Assembly: GCF_000020225.1 (NCBI RefSeq)
Contig: NC_010655.1
Location: forward strand, 1,950,001-1,982,000
DNA: 32,000 bases
Source: Akkermansia muciniphila ATCC BAA-835
Lineage (GTDB): Bacteria > Verrucomicrobiota > Verrucomicrobiia > Verrucomicrobiales > Akkermansiaceae
Reading direction: 5' to 3'
Under the pieces are notes generated by a model. That model had not been told where the DNA came from. It was given only the letters and a program-made list of their open reading frames with translations, and ran no database searches. Below, one piece after another: positions 1-9,218 of this stretch (position 1 is the stretch's first letter; every line of letters starts with the position of its first letter). The position numbers were made by a program, and so were the translations under genes.

Positions 1-1
1 C

Positions 2-1300
2 ATGCCTTTCTCGGAACGGGGGGACAGCGGTATCAACATCACCGCCTCCGGGGAATTTTTACTGGGGGGAACCATTGGAATTGCGGATACGCTGGATGAT
101 TACGCCTCCGCCGCCTGGGGAAGGGACAGGGAGTTTGTCATTTTTAATATGGATTCTTCCAGCAAACGGCCGCAAGGAGAGCTGAAAGGGGTTATTTCCA
201 ATACGACCCAGTCATCCACGGTTGATTCTCCCTATACCTACGGCGGTACCTGGGAATATGAATGGCGCGACATGGATGGAGATGGAGAAGATGACCAGCT
301 GTTGGCAATTTGGAAACATGAAGCCGGATGCCGCCCGGATCAGGTCCGTCCGGAGCAGGCTGGAGAGCTTGCTCTCAATTCCCTTTGGAGTTCCGCTTCA
401 AACGCGGCTTCTCTTGGGAATACTGCGTTGGCGCAGTTAACCCCGGTGCGGTTGTATCAGCGGTATGCACGCAATGTATGGGGAATGGGGCTGGGGGATT
501 TCGCCCGCCAGCGTTCCCGGGGCGGCGTAGATGGTTATGACTATGACGGGGGCGGATATTCCGTTGGCATGGATTCCGATTTTGGAGGAAAGAGCGGGAT
601 ATGGGGGATAGCGTTCGGACAAATGCACGGTTTCAGCAGGAGCCGGGATTTTAATGGGAGGATTACCCAGGATTCCCTGATGGGGAGCATTTATTGGGGG
701 CGGATATTCCGCTCCGGCGAGCGTTCCCTGTGGACGGTGAAAGCCGATCTTACTTGGGGAATGACTGATAACTGCATGAAAAGCCGGTTCAGCAACGGTA
801 TGGACGCTCATGGGGAATGGAACAACAGAACGTGGCTGGTCCAGGCGGAAGTTTCCAGAAGCATTCAGTATGCAGGAGGATGGACTGTGTCTCCGTTTTT
901 GAGGATGGAGTTTACACATGGCACGGAGGCTTCTTTTCTTGAAGACGGCAGCTATGCCAGAAAATTTGAAGGAGCGGTTTTGCGCCGGTTGTCCATCCCG
1001 GCAGGTGTGAGTGTTGAGAGAAGTGGTGACTGGAAAGGCAGGCACTGGATGCAGGTGCTCCGCCTTTCCTATGTGGGAGATGCTATTCAGGATGTGCCGG
1101 AGGCTTCCGTTTACAGCATATACAGCGACATTTTCTGGAGGGCCCGTGGTGTCCAACCAGCCCGCCATGCCGTACGCGTGGAGTATGATGCCGCCTTGCA
1201 GTGGAATGACCGCTGGACGGTTTATGCCGGTTATGGCATGGAAGCCCGGGGAAGCTCCGTGTACCACCGCATAAATGCGGGCGTATCCAGGGCGTTTTAG
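2..1300 (+). CDS. Autotransporter-type outer-membrane beta-barrel protein, C-terminal part (5' end lies outside the window)
   Basis: The ORF is open from the window edge. The last ~280 aa are Gly/aromatic-rich with an alternating beta-strand pattern (GYDYDGGGYSVGMDS, WGIAFGQMHGF, VRVEYDAALQW). The protein ends in ...NAGVSRAF; a terminal Phe is typical of OMP/autotransporter barrels. Stop TAG at 1298-1300, followed by a hairpin terminator. Confidence 0.75.
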   Translation: MPFSERGDSGINITASGEFLLGGTIGIADTLDDYASAAWGRDREFVIFNMDSSSKRPQGELKGVISNTTQSSTVDSPYTYGGTWEYEWRDMDGDGEDDQLLAIWKHEAGCRPDQVRPEQAGELALNSLWSSASNAASLGNTALAQLTPVRLYQRYARNVWGMGLGDFARQRSRGGVDGYDYDGGGYSVGMDSDFGGKSGIWGIAFGQMHGFSRSRDFNGRITQDSLMGSIYWGRIFRSGERSLWTVKADLTWGMTDNCMKSRFSNGMDAHGEWNNRTWLVQAEVSRSIQYAGGWTVSPFLRMEFTHGTEASFLEDGSYARKFEGAVLRRLSIPAGVSVERSGDWKGRHWMQVLRLSYVGDAIQDVPEASVYSIYSDIFWRARGVQPARHAVRVEYDAALQWNDRWTVYAGYGMEARGSSVYHRINAGVSRAF

Positions 1301-1320
1301 GAAACGTCAGCACGGATAGA

Positions 1321-1358
1321 AAAAAGGGCACGTTTTCGAAGGAAACGCGCCCTTTTTT
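1321..1358. terminator. Bidirectional intrinsic terminator between the convergent autotransporter and malQ genes
   Basis: AAAAA-GGGCACGTTTTC-gaa-GGAAACGCGCCC-TTTTTT. This is a ~12-bp stem with one G.U pair and one A/C mismatch. It is flanked by an A-run on the left and a T-run on the right, so it reads as hairpin plus U-tract on both strands. Confidence 0.75.
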
Positions 1359-1395
1359 GATACTGCGGGGGGGATGTTCCGGCAGGGGGGGACAG

Positions 1396-3267
1396 CTACA
1401 ATGTTTTGCCGTTCGGCCACATCAGCATCCGTTTCAGGAAGCGTTCGTTGTTGACGGTGATCTTCGGGAAGAGGCGTTTGCTGGATTCCTTGAGCGCCCT
1501 GATGGCGTCTTCACCCTGCAGCGGCGTGCGGCCAGATTCGTCGATGATGGTGCGCAGCCATGCGGTCTGTGGCATGCCGCATGCTTCCACGGCCTTGAAG
1601 GGCATGCGTTCCCTCCAGTTGGTCCCTCCCGTAGTGCCGGGAATATTGAGCCGTTTGTTGATGCCGAAGAGAGCAGGCCAGAGAATGGCCGCATAACGGG
1701 AACGGGAACGGAACAGAGCGTTGTACATGGCCGTCTTGATTTCCTGGTTCCAGTAGGAAAGACAGGTTTCAGGCTGCATGCCGGAGAAATCCGCAAACCA
1801 TTTCAGAAGGCGCGCTCCGTCCTCCGCCTGGCGCACGATGTTTTCCTGTTCCGGGCTGGACGGCGTTTTTGGGGAGCCGTTCTCCCACAGGCCCAGCTTG
1901 CGGGCGCGTTCGATTTTCGCGTAGCTGTCGTTCCATGTCTGCATGATGGTTTCGAAATCATGCGTTCCGAACGCCGCAAAGGAGCATTCGTGATATTCTT
2001 TTCCAGACGTAATGGTTCCGTCCGCCTTGATTTCCCAGTGGGGAATTTTGAAACCGGGGATATCCAGCTGCCGCATGTTCGGGCGCACGTAGTCCGGAAC
2101 GCAGCCCAGGTCTTCCCCCACCACGCTGACGCCGGGGGCGGCGGAAAGCAGAAGGCGCAGGTACAGGTCCCCGTCCGCCAGGTTCATGTTGCGGTCCGCT
2201 GCATTGTCATCCCCGCGCGGCTTGAAGCCGGGCAGCCTTCCGCCCGTTCTCTGGGCAGCCTGATCGGGGGAAAGCGGCAGGAAGACCCCGTTTTCCGTGG
2301 GTTTCCACGGGAAGGAGTAAATGCGGTAAAAGCCCAGGATGTGGTCGATCCTGTACATGCTGAAAATCTTGGTGCAGTATTTTACCCGGCGGCGCCACCA
2401 GGCGAAGTTGTCCTGCGCCATGACATCCCATCTATACAGCGGAATGCCCCAGTTTTGCCCCCATTTGGCCGTGAATGGGTCTTCCGCATAGCTGCCTTCC
2501 GCCGGGGCTCCTCCGCACCATTCCGTGTCAAACAGGTGGCGTTCAAAAAAGACGTCGGCGCTGGAAAGGGAAACGCCAATGGGGATATCCCCCATCAGCT
2601 TCACATTGCGTTCGTCCGCATAAATACGGATGAATTCCCACTGTTTTTCACAGAGCCACTGGAGCCAGCGGGCAAAATCCTTTTCTTCCTCGTAATCGGC
2701 GGCAATGGCCTTGGCCCGCGCCGGATCCTGTTCCGGCCAGTGCCACCAGATTTCCGTGCCGAACAGGTCGCAGAGAATCTGGAAACAGACAAAGTCTTCC
2801 AGCCAGCTCCCCTGTTCTTTCACCCATTCCCTGAATTTGGGCATAATGCACTCATATTCCGGCTTGGTTTTGAAATTGTTCCAGGCTCCCCGCAGAATCC
2901 ACATTTTCCAGAATCTGACCTTGGGGTAGTCCACCAGATCCGGGCCGGAGGGCTGTTCCCACGGCAGCGTGTCCCCCGTTTCATTGAATACGCGTTCTTC
3001 CAGGCCGGGTATGGTCCAGGGTTCCAGGGAAAGGTACAGGGGTTCCAAAGCTACGGAGCTGATGGCGGAATAGGGAGAGGGGCATTCGTCCCTGCCCAGG
3101 GCATTGACGGGGAGCAGCTGGAGGAACCCCACATGGGCATCCGCCGCCCAGTCAATCCATTGGCGCAAGGCCGTCAGGTCCCCGATTCCGTGGTCATTGT
3201 TACGGCGCAGGGAGAACAATGGCAGAACTACGCCGGCTAATCTTTTCTCATCCATATCAGAACGCAT
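1396..3267 (-). CDS. malQ: 4-alpha-glucanotransferase (amylomaltase, GH77)
   Basis: 623-aa ORF. The N-terminus AGVVLPLFSLRRNNDHGIGDLTALRQWIDWAADAHVGFLQLLPVN is the typical GH77 opening. Further family-like blocks: YRIDHILGF, WGIPLYRWD, VVGEDLGCVP, FGTHDFET. An alternative ATG lies 4 codons downstream (3255). Confidence 0.9.
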   Translation of the reverse strand: MRSDMDEKRLAGVVLPLFSLRRNNDHGIGDLTALRQWIDWAADAHVGFLQLLPVNALGRDECPSPYSAISSVALEPLYLSLEPWTIPGLEERVFNETGDTLPWEQPSGPDLVDYPKVRFWKMWILRGAWNNFKTKPEYECIMPKFREWVKEQGSWLEDFVCFQILCDLFGTEIWWHWPEQDPARAKAIAADYEEEKDFARWLQWLCEKQWEFIRIYADERNVKLMGDIPIGVSLSSADVFFERHLFDTEWCGGAPAEGSYAEDPFTAKWGQNWGIPLYRWDVMAQDNFAWWRRRVKYCTKIFSMYRIDHILGFYRIYSFPWKPTENGVFLPLSPDQAAQRTGGRLPGFKPRGDDNAADRNMNLADGDLYLRLLLSAAPGVSVVGEDLGCVPDYVRPNMRQLDIPGFKIPHWEIKADGTITSGKEYHECSFAAFGTHDFETIMQTWNDSYAKIERARKLGLWENGSPKTPSSPEQENIVRQAEDGARLLKWFADFSGMQPETCLSYWNQEIKTAMYNALFRSRSRYAAILWPALFGINKRLNIPGTTGGTNWRERMPFKAVEACGMPQTAWLRTIIDESGRTPLQGEDAIRALKESSKRLFPKITVNNERFLKRMLMWPNGKTL

Positions 3268-3597
3268 TACTTGAGCGGTTCCCCCGGATGGACCTGCGTC
3301 AGCCGTTGGAACAGTAAGCGCCAGAATAGCATTTCCGGCAGGAAGGCGGCAAGCTTAATACGTTGTCTCCGCGCCATGCTTTGCGGTTTTTCCTGGGAAC
3401 TGGAGCAGGGGGGACGGTAAGACAGGCTGTTTATTTTCCGCCGCAGAAATAAACGCCTCACCGGGAATCCGATTATTTGTTCGGGATGCAGTTCGGAAGC
3501 GGCATGGTTTTCTCTGCGGGAAACAGCATGAACCGGAGGGAAAGGCGGAATTTTTCTTTTAGAAACAGTCTCTGGCGAAGACAGGCGCAAATTCTGC

Positions 3598-3626
3598 TTC
3601 CATCCGTAATCCCCGGCAATTAAGAT
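3598..3626 (+). promoter_or_regulatory. Candidate sigma70-type promoter for the lipoprotein gene (TTCCAT-17-TAAGAT)
   Basis: -35-like TTCCAT at 3598-3603, a 17-nt spacer, and -10-like TAAGAT at 3621-3626 (GATAAT at 3624-3629 is an alternative). The ATG at 3636 lies only 6-9 nt past the -10, which implies a very short or absent leader. Found by eye only. Confidence 0.3.
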
Positions 3627-3635
3627 AATCTGCAA

Positions 3636-4244
3636 ATGAAATTGCTTTTTCTCCCTTCCGCTTTGCTGGTGTTGCTGGCCTCCTGCGGTCCGAACAAGCA
3701 TGTGAATGCCTGGGACCGCCAGAGTTCTGCGTTGGATCCCGTGGGAATCACTTCCAAGAAAATGGCGGCTAAAAACAAGGCGGAGCAGGCATTTTACAAG
3801 CCTGGGGAAGCCGTTACGTTCAAGAAGGACAGAATGATGGTGTTTGAACAGAATCCGGAAAGTAATTTTTCCACAAGCGGAACCGTCAGGGGTGGGGTGA
3901 AAACCGGGAAGGTGCTGGTCTGCGGGGACTTGTTCGCCAAAGTCGAATTTGAAGACGGCAGCCAGGGTTACGTAAGCCTCTCGGAGATTGTTAATCCGCA
4001 GGAAATGATGGGTTTTTATCCTGTTTCCGCTTCCGATCTAATTGGTCCGGACGGAGCTTTGCTTCCTTTGCCCTCAAACATGGGCGCCGTCAGCCCGGAA
4101 GCCGCCGCTTCCCGTGAGCTGGATATATCCCGGATGAATACCTCTCTGGTTCCTGTTCCGAATTCCGTTTCTCCGTCGGGAGCTGCGTCTCAGGAAGCTC
4201 CTCCGGAAAACGTTCCCCTGCCTGAATCCAGCGTGAAGCAGTAG
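3636..4244 (+). CDS. Hypothetical lipoprotein (possible SH3-like beta domain, Pro/Ser-rich tail)
   Basis: The N-terminus MKLLFLPSALLVLLASCGPNK has a signal peptide and a lipobox (LLAS-C). The central GKVLVCGDLFAKVEFEDGSQGYVSLSEIV resembles bacterial SH3-type domains (weak). No family was recognised with certainty. Confidence 0.65.
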   Translation: MKLLFLPSALLVLLASCGPNKHVNAWDRQSSALDPVGITSKKMAAKNKAEQAFYKPGEAVTFKKDRMMVFEQNPESNFSTSGTVRGGVKTGKVLVCGDLFAKVEFEDGSQGYVSLSEIVNPQEMMGFYPVSASDLIGPDGALLPLPSNMGAVSPEAAASRELDISRMNTSLVPVPNSVSPSGAASQEAPPENVPLPESSVKQ

Positions 4245-4358
4245 GGCCTTTGCAGAAAATCCGGAAAGCCGGGCGGAAAACAGGAGGCAATATACGTCGG
4301 CCTGCGCTTCGCCTGTATTTTTGTTCCCGGGTTCTTTCCGACAGGCACGGAAGCAATT

Positions 4359-5717
4359 TTATTCCGCCGTCAATTCATACGCAACGGCATCCGTTACGGT
4401 GACAGTGGCGAATTGCCCGACGGGCAGCGTCAGAGGAACGGAGACGGTTCCGTCAATGTCCGGAGCATCCCATTCCGTTCTGGCGACTCCGGGAGCATCC
4501 ACCAGCACGCGTATTTGCCTGCCGATTTGTTCCTGGCCCGTTTCCGAAGCGAGACGCGCCAGCAACAGGGTGGCTTCATTGTAGCGGCGAGCCTTGGTGC
4601 GGTGGTGCACCTGGTTGGGCATCTTGTAGGCTTTTGTCCCTTCCTCCCGTGAGAAGGTGAAAATGCCGGCGCGTTCAAAACGGAATTCCTCGATAAACTC
4701 CATCAGTTCCTGATGGTCGTCTTCCGTTTCTCCGGGGAATCCGGTGATGAAGGTGGTGCGGATGGCGATGCCCGGAACGGCCTTCCGGATATTCCGGAGC
4801 AACGTGCGGATATAGTTTCCGTCCGTTACGCGCTGCATGGCGTCCAGCATATTATCGGAAATATGCTGTAGGGGAATGTCTACATAGCGGGCCACTTTGG
4901 GGCATTCCGCGATGGCTGCGGTCAGTTCGTCGCTCCAGTGGGCGGGGTGGGTGTAGAGCAGCCTGATCCAGAATTCTCCCTCAATGGCGTTCAGAGCGCG
5001 GAGCAGGGAAGCCAGGGATTCTCCGCGGGAGGAATCCACCGCGCTGCGGCGGTTTGGGCGCGCATCCGTCCATTTATCCATGCCGTAATAGGTGATGTCC
5101 TGCGCGATGAGGCAGATTTCCTTCACGCCGGACCGGATAAGGGTTTCCGCTTCACGCACTACGTCCTGCTGGGAACGGCTGCGGTGGCGTCCGCGGATCA
5201 TGGGAATGATGCAGTAGGCGCAGCCGTGGTTGCAGCCTTCCGCTATCTTGATGTAGGCCGTGTGCGGCGGGGTAAGGCGGTAGCGCGGCGTGTTCCAGTC
5301 AGGAACGTACCTGCATTTTCCTTCAATGAAGTTCCGGTCCTGTATGGTCCGGTCCATCACTTGAGTGATGATTTCCGGCAGTTTGGTGATTTGGTCCGGA
5401 CCGATAAAGGCGTCCACCTCCGGAAGCAGGGCGGGCAGTTCCTTCCGGAAGCGCTGGGACAGGCAGCCCGCCACGATGAGTTTCTGGTTTTCCGGATAAG
5501 CCCCATTTTCCCGGGCACGCACGATGTCCAGAATGGCATCGATGGCTTCCTGCTTGGCCTGGTCAATGAAAGCGCAGGTATTGACCACCATTACGTCCGC
5601 GAGTTCCGGTTCCGGAGTCATGGTCATGCCGGCTTTTTGCAGGTGGCCGATCATGATTTCAGAGTCAACCAGATTCTTGGGGCAGCCCAGGGAAATGAGT
5701 CCAACGGTGAGAGGCAT
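4359..5717 (-). CDS. rimO: Ribosomal protein S12 methylthiotransferase RimO (radical SAM MTTase)
   Basis: VGLISLGCPKNLVDSE is the RimO-type N-terminus, with the MTTase cysteines (LGC, NTCAF, AGCLSQR). Radical-SAM motif CNHGCAYC, plus a C-terminal TRAM-like segment. I chose the ATG at 5717 (MPLTVGLISLGCPKN). The ORF-track start at 5747 is a TTG that overlaps the nfeD stop (TTGA) and is a possible alternative. Confidence 0.88.
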   Translation of the reverse strand: MPLTVGLISLGCPKNLVDSEIMIGHLQKAGMTMTPEPELADVMVVNTCAFIDQAKQEAIDAILDIVRARENGAYPENQKLIVAGCLSQRFRKELPALLPEVDAFIGPDQITKLPEIITQVMDRTIQDRNFIEGKCRYVPDWNTPRYRLTPPHTAYIKIAEGCNHGCAYCIIPMIRGRHRSRSQQDVVREAETLIRSGVKEICLIAQDITYYGMDKWTDARPNRRSAVDSSRGESLASLLRALNAIEGEFWIRLLYTHPAHWSDELTAAIAECPKVARYVDIPLQHISDNMLDAMQRVTDGNYIRTLLRNIRKAVPGIAIRTTFITGFPGETEDDHQELMEFIEEFRFERAGIFTFSREEGTKAYKMPNQVHHRTKARRYNEATLLLARLASETGQEQIGRQIRVLVDAPGVARTEWDAPDIDGTVSVPLTLPVGQFATVTVTDAVAYELTAE

Positions 5718-5743
5718 GGCAGTAGATAAGAAGCGTGATGGCG

Positions 5744-7180
5744 TCAATCCCCGGAGGGGGAGTCGTCCTTGACGACGACGAGGTCGAATGGCCGGATGTC
5801 CACGACGCGCACAGGGGTACCCTTAATCAGTATGCCTTGTCGAGAGAAAACCTCGCATATTTCGCCATGAATCATGGCTTTTCCATTGGGTTTCAGCTCC
5901 GTGACTGCGTTCCCGCGGTCTCCTACCTGAACGCGCGCGATATTGACCGCTTCCCCGGCGGAACCTCCGCTGACCGTGGCGTTGGTAACGCGGCGCATCA
6001 GGATGGAATCCGGGAGGTATTTCATCAGCAGGGCAATCAGAAGGGAGCCTCCGGTCAGGCCCAGGGCCAGTTTCAGAAGGGGGATGCCCAGGACTGCCGC
6101 CAGCGTGTTGACGTCATCCCACTGTCCGTCCCGGATGATATGGTCCCATTCCCAGGAGCTGACCATGCCGCCGAACAGGGCCAGAAAGATGCAGACGCCG
6201 CCCGCAATGGCCGCAATGAATGTGCCCGGGATAACGAAGAATTCCACGCAAAGAAGGACTATGCCCAGAACGAGCAGGGCCGCCGTCTCATAGCCGGCCA
6301 GATTCCCGGCAATGTTGTTGCCGAAGAAGAACAGGGCAAACGCGGCAATGGCCACAATGCCGCCGATGCCGAATCCCGGCGTTTTAAATTCCATGTAAAT
6401 GCCGCCGATGCCCAGCAGGATCAGGATGGGGGAAGCCCATGCAATCCAGAGGCCGATGCGCTCAAAGGCCGTAGGTTCCGCCGTGACCACGGGGGCATTT
6501 ACTTTCTCCTGGGCCAGCAGGTCCGTGACGGAGGAGGCTGTGCCCTGGGCCAGCAGGGGCCTGCCGTCTTCCAGACGCGCGGCGGCTTCCTTGCCCGTTA
6601 GGGTCAGGAGCGCGCCTTTTTCCAGTTTGACGGGGCCGAACTGCTGTTCCTGGTCGGACGGGATCATCATGGCTTTCACCACTTCCGGGCGGTAACCCTT
6701 TTCCGTCACGACGGAGCGGGTAAAGGCCCAGAAGGCGCTTTCCGCTTTCTTGCGCATGACGGTATCCATTTCCTCTCCGGATGAGGTGATGATGCCCGCT
6801 GCGCCGATGGAGGAGACGGGAGCCATGTAAATTTTGTCGCACGCCGCGGAGATGAGCGCCCCGGCAGACATGGCCCTGGGGTTTACGTAGGCGTAGGTGG
6901 GAATGGTGAGCGGCTGGATGCTTTTCATCATCATCTCGCTGGTCTCCCAGGCCAAACCGCCGGGCGTGTTCAAATCGAATATTACCGCGCGAGCCTGCTC
7001 CTCCTGCGCCCTTTTCAGGATGCGGTTCATGAAGCCGAAGCTTTGTTTGCTGGTCAGGGAGTCCTCCCCTACGGGGATGACGACTACCCTGTCGCGGAAG
7101 GTTTCCTCCGCGGCCGCCCGGAAGGGGGCGCCGGCAAACAGGGCCAGCAAAGCCAGCAACAGAAGGTGAATGCGCTTCAT
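5744..7180 (-). CDS. NfeD-family membrane-bound ClpP-class serine protease
   Basis: Signal peptide MKRIHLLLLALLALFAGAPFRAAA. ClpP/SppA-like domain (AVIFDLNTPGGLAWETSEMM, PRAMSAGALISAACDKIYMAP). A central block of about 5 hydrophobic helices. A C-terminal OB-like NfeD domain (GKAMIHGEICEVFSRQGILIKGTPVRVVD). Confidence 0.82.
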   Translation of the reverse strand: MKRIHLLLLALLALFAGAPFRAAAEETFRDRVVVIPVGEDSLTSKQSFGFMNRILKRAQEEQARAVIFDLNTPGGLAWETSEMMMKSIQPLTIPTYAYVNPRAMSAGALISAACDKIYMAPVSSIGAAGIITSSGEEMDTVMRKKAESAFWAFTRSVVTEKGYRPEVVKAMMIPSDQEQQFGPVKLEKGALLTLTGKEAAARLEDGRPLLAQGTASSVTDLLAQEKVNAPVVTAEPTAFERIGLWIAWASPILILLGIGGIYMEFKTPGFGIGGIVAIAAFALFFFGNNIAGNLAGYETAALLVLGIVLLCVEFFVIPGTFIAAIAGGVCIFLALFGGMVSSWEWDHIIRDGQWDDVNTLAAVLGIPLLKLALGLTGGSLLIALLMKYLPDSILMRRVTNATVSGGSAGEAVNIARVQVGDRGNAVTELKPNGKAMIHGEICEVFSRQGILIKGTPVRVVDIRPFDLVVVKDDSPSGD

Positions 7181-7319
7181 ACGGGCAGGCTAGCATGTTC
7201 CGCTCCCGCGCTCAATGGGGAAATGTGTTCCTCCGGGGCGGGAAGCCGCCGGTGCTGCGCCGTCTTTTCCCTGCCTGTGGAGGCCTTGTTTCCTCGCATG
7301 GCGTTCCGATTCTGTATTC

Positions 7320-7348
7320 TTGTGCACCCGTACCCCTTGTGATAGACT
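7320..7348 (+). promoter_or_regulatory. Candidate promoter for dnaG (TTGTGC-17-TAGACT)
   Basis: -35-like TTGTGC at 7320-7325, a 17-nt spacer, and -10-like TAGACT at 7343-7348. The dnaG ATG at 7360 is 11 nt past the -10. Found by eye only. Confidence 0.3.
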
Positions 7349-7359
7349 GGTTCCGCCTT

Positions 7360-9159
7360 ATGGGAAGGATTGATGAAGACAGTATCCGGCGCGTTCTGGA
7401 GGCCACTGACATTGTAGATGTGGTGGGATCCTATCTTCCCCTGAAAAGGGCCGGTTCCCGGTGGAAGGCATGCTGCCCGTTCCACAATGAAAAGACGCCT
7501 TCCTTTATTGTGGACCAGAGTCGGCAGAATTTTAAATGCTTTGGCTGCGGGGAAGGAGGGTCTGCCATCACTTTTGTGATGAAGATGGAGAACCTGGGAT
7601 TTGCGGATACCGTGCGAAGGCTGGCGGAAAAAGCCGGAATCTCCATTGTGGAGGAGGTCTATGACGCAGCGGAGGAAAGGCGGCGCAAGGCACGCACGGC
7701 TTTGCTGGTGGCCCACAAGAAGGCGGCTGGGTTTTTCCACAGGCTCCTGCTTTGTTCCCCGAAGGCGGCGGAGGCCAGGGCTTACCTGAATTCCCGCGGA
7801 TACGGGGCAGACATGGCGAAACGCTGGCAGGTAGGGTGGGCACCTGACTCCTCGCGGGAGTTTCTGGCCTGGGCCCGCAGGGAGGGGATCCCGGATCAGG
7901 TGCTGATAGATTCCGGTCTCGCCAACCGCGGAGAACGGGGAGATTTGTACGCCCGCTTCCGGGACAGGCTGATGTTCCCCATCAACAATGTGTACGGAGA
8001 ATGTGTGGCGTTTTCCGGCCGCATTCTGCGGCCTCAGGAAAACGTAGGCAAGTACGTTAATTCCCCGGAGACGGCCATTTTCAAAAAGGGGGACGTGGTG
8101 TTTGCCCTGGACAAGGCGCGCGGCCCTATGGGAAAAAGCGGCAAAGCCCTGTTGTGCGAGGGGCAGATAGACGTCATTGCCTGCCACGAGGCGGGTATTT
8201 CTTTTGCCGTAGCCCCTTTGGGGACGGCGTTTACTCCGGAGCATGCCCGGATTCTTTCACGCTATGCTTCACGGATAGTGTTGTGTTTTGACGCGGACAA
8301 GGCGGGCATGGCTGCGGCGGACCGGGCTTTCCGTGAACTGGCCCCTTTTGGCAAGGATATTTACCTGGTGAACCTTCCTGCCGGGGACGATCCGGATTCT
8401 TTCATGAAGAGGGAGGGGAAAGAGGCTTTTTCTGGGATGGTGGAGCGGGCCCGTTCCTTCTTTGAGGTTCGCATTGAACGGGCCAGGGAGAGCGGTTTGT
8501 TGGATGACGCCGCTTCCAGCGCCGCTTTTGCCCGTGAGATGACGGCCCTGCTGGCCTGCATGAGCGATTCGGTGGCCCGGGACCTGGCTACGGCTGACGT
8601 AGCCACGCGCATGCGCATGGCTGCGGATAATTTGCGCGGCGCCGTCAGAATGGCCGGACGCCGGAAGGGGCAGGAACAGGCCCAGTCCGCAGAGCGTAAG
8701 ACGGCTGAGGAGGTTCCGCAGCATCCTCCTGTGAAAATGGATCGCGCCGTGGCCGTGCTCTGTGAACTGGCCCTTCAGAATTCCCGTGCCCAGGGGCTTA
8801 TCGTGGACCGCATTGAAGAATTGCTGGAGCCGATGCGGCTGCTGCAGGGCGGAGGCATCTTAAAAAAAATTCTGGCCAGGCTGCCTTCTCCGGACAGCCC
8901 CGCGGCCGTTCAGGCTTTTCTGGTGTCTCTGCCTCAGCCGGAACGGGATGCCCTGGGCATGCTGAATCTGGAGCCCATACCTATTCCCGATGTGGACAGG
9001 AGCGTACAGGAAGCCTGCTCCGGCATTGCGAAGGCCGCTTTGGAGAGGCACATCGCCTCCCTGATGGCGGAACTGGCGGATCCCTCCACGGATGCTGCCA
9101 GAAGGCTGGAATTGTCCAAACTTAGTGTTGACTTGAAGCGTTTGCTGGGTACAATGTAG
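7360..9159 (+). CDS. dnaG: DNA primase
   Basis: From the ATG at 7360: MGRIDEDSIRRVLEATDIVDVVGSYLPLKRAGSRWKACCPFHNEKTPSFIVDQSRQNFKCFGCGEGG is the canonical CHC2 zinc finger. RNA-polymerase core (MFPINNVYGECVAFSGR) and Toprim domain (ALLCEGQIDVIACHEAG ... VLCFDADKAGMAA). The 55 codons upstream in the ORF track (from 7195) look non-coding. Confidence 0.9.
   Translation: MGRIDEDSIRRVLEATDIVDVVGSYLPLKRAGSRWKACCPFHNEKTPSFIVDQSRQNFKCFGCGEGGSAITFVMKMENLGFADTVRRLAEKAGISIVEEVYDAAEERRRKARTALLVAHKKAAGFFHRLLLCSPKAAEARAYLNSRGYGADMAKRWQVGWAPDSSREFLAWARREGIPDQVLIDSGLANRGERGDLYARFRDRLMFPINNVYGECVAFSGRILRPQENVGKYVNSPETAIFKKGDVVFALDKARGPMGKSGKALLCEGQIDVIACHEAGISFAVAPLGTAFTPEHARILSRYASRIVLCFDADKAGMAAADRAFRELAPFGKDIYLVNLPAGDDPDSFMKREGKEAFSGMVERARSFFEVRIERARESGLLDDAASSAAFAREMTALLACMSDSVARDLATADVATRMRMAADNLRGAVRMAGRRKGQEQAQSAERKTAEEVPQHPPVKMDRAVAVLCELALQNSRAQGLIVDRIEELLEPMRLLQGGGILKKILARLPSPDSPAAVQAFLVSLPQPERDALGMLNLEPIPIPDVDRSVQEACSGIAKAALERHIASLMAELADPSTDAARRLELSKLSVDLKRLLGTM
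9128..9155 (+). promoter_or_regulatory. Candidate rpoD promoter inside the 3' end of dnaG (TTGACT-16-TACAAT)
   Basis: TTGACT at 9128-9133, a 16-nt spacer, and TACAAT at 9150-9155. Both hexamers are 5/6 matches to the sigma70 consensus. Confidence 0.35.
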
Positions 9160-9180
9160 TGCCTCGATACCTCCGGGTAT

Positions 9181-9189
9181 TGATATAAT
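9181..9189 (+). promoter_or_regulatory. Candidate extended -10 element (TGaTATAAT) upstream of rpoD
   Basis: TGATATAAT at 9181-9189 combines a perfect TATAAT with an upstream TG. No good -35 is present. It lies 29 nt before the ATG at 9219 and 8 nt before the in-frame GTG at 9198. Confidence 0.35.
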
Positions 9190-9218
9190 GGTGAATTGTG
9201 CCCTCTTCTTTTCAAGAT

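Noticed and set aside
1357-3240. 627-aa ORF on the plus strand covering the whole malQ locus. Similar long antisense ORFs lie at 437-1267, 4938-5729, 5735-6601, 7177-8244, 9612-11234, 13495-14229, 14257-15204, 15487-17412, 18370-19494, 19600-20520, 20671-21789, 22708-23883, 24753-25808 and 27388-29187.
   Set aside because: Each is the mirror of a gene with unmistakable family motifs on the other strand. Their translations are Arg/Gly/Pro/His-rich with no recognisable motif, and such stop-free antisense frames are expected in GC-rich coding DNA. I treat them as shadow ORFs.
3267-3701. 144-aa minus-strand ORF filling the malQ/lipoprotein divergent intergenic region
   Set aside because: Its composition is implausible (Arg/Pro/Gln-rich). 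It overlaps the lipoprotein start and the probable promoters, and it has no motif. An AT-rich hairpin (GTTTATTT 3429-36 / AAATAAAC 3447-54) lies in this region, but I cannot assign it a function.
4336-4352. Short hairpin TTCCG-acaggca-CGGAA between the convergent lipoprotein and rimO genes, considered as a terminator
   Set aside because: It has only 5-6 bp and no adjacent U-tract on the minus strand, with only a weak one on the plus strand. It is not strong enough to annotate.
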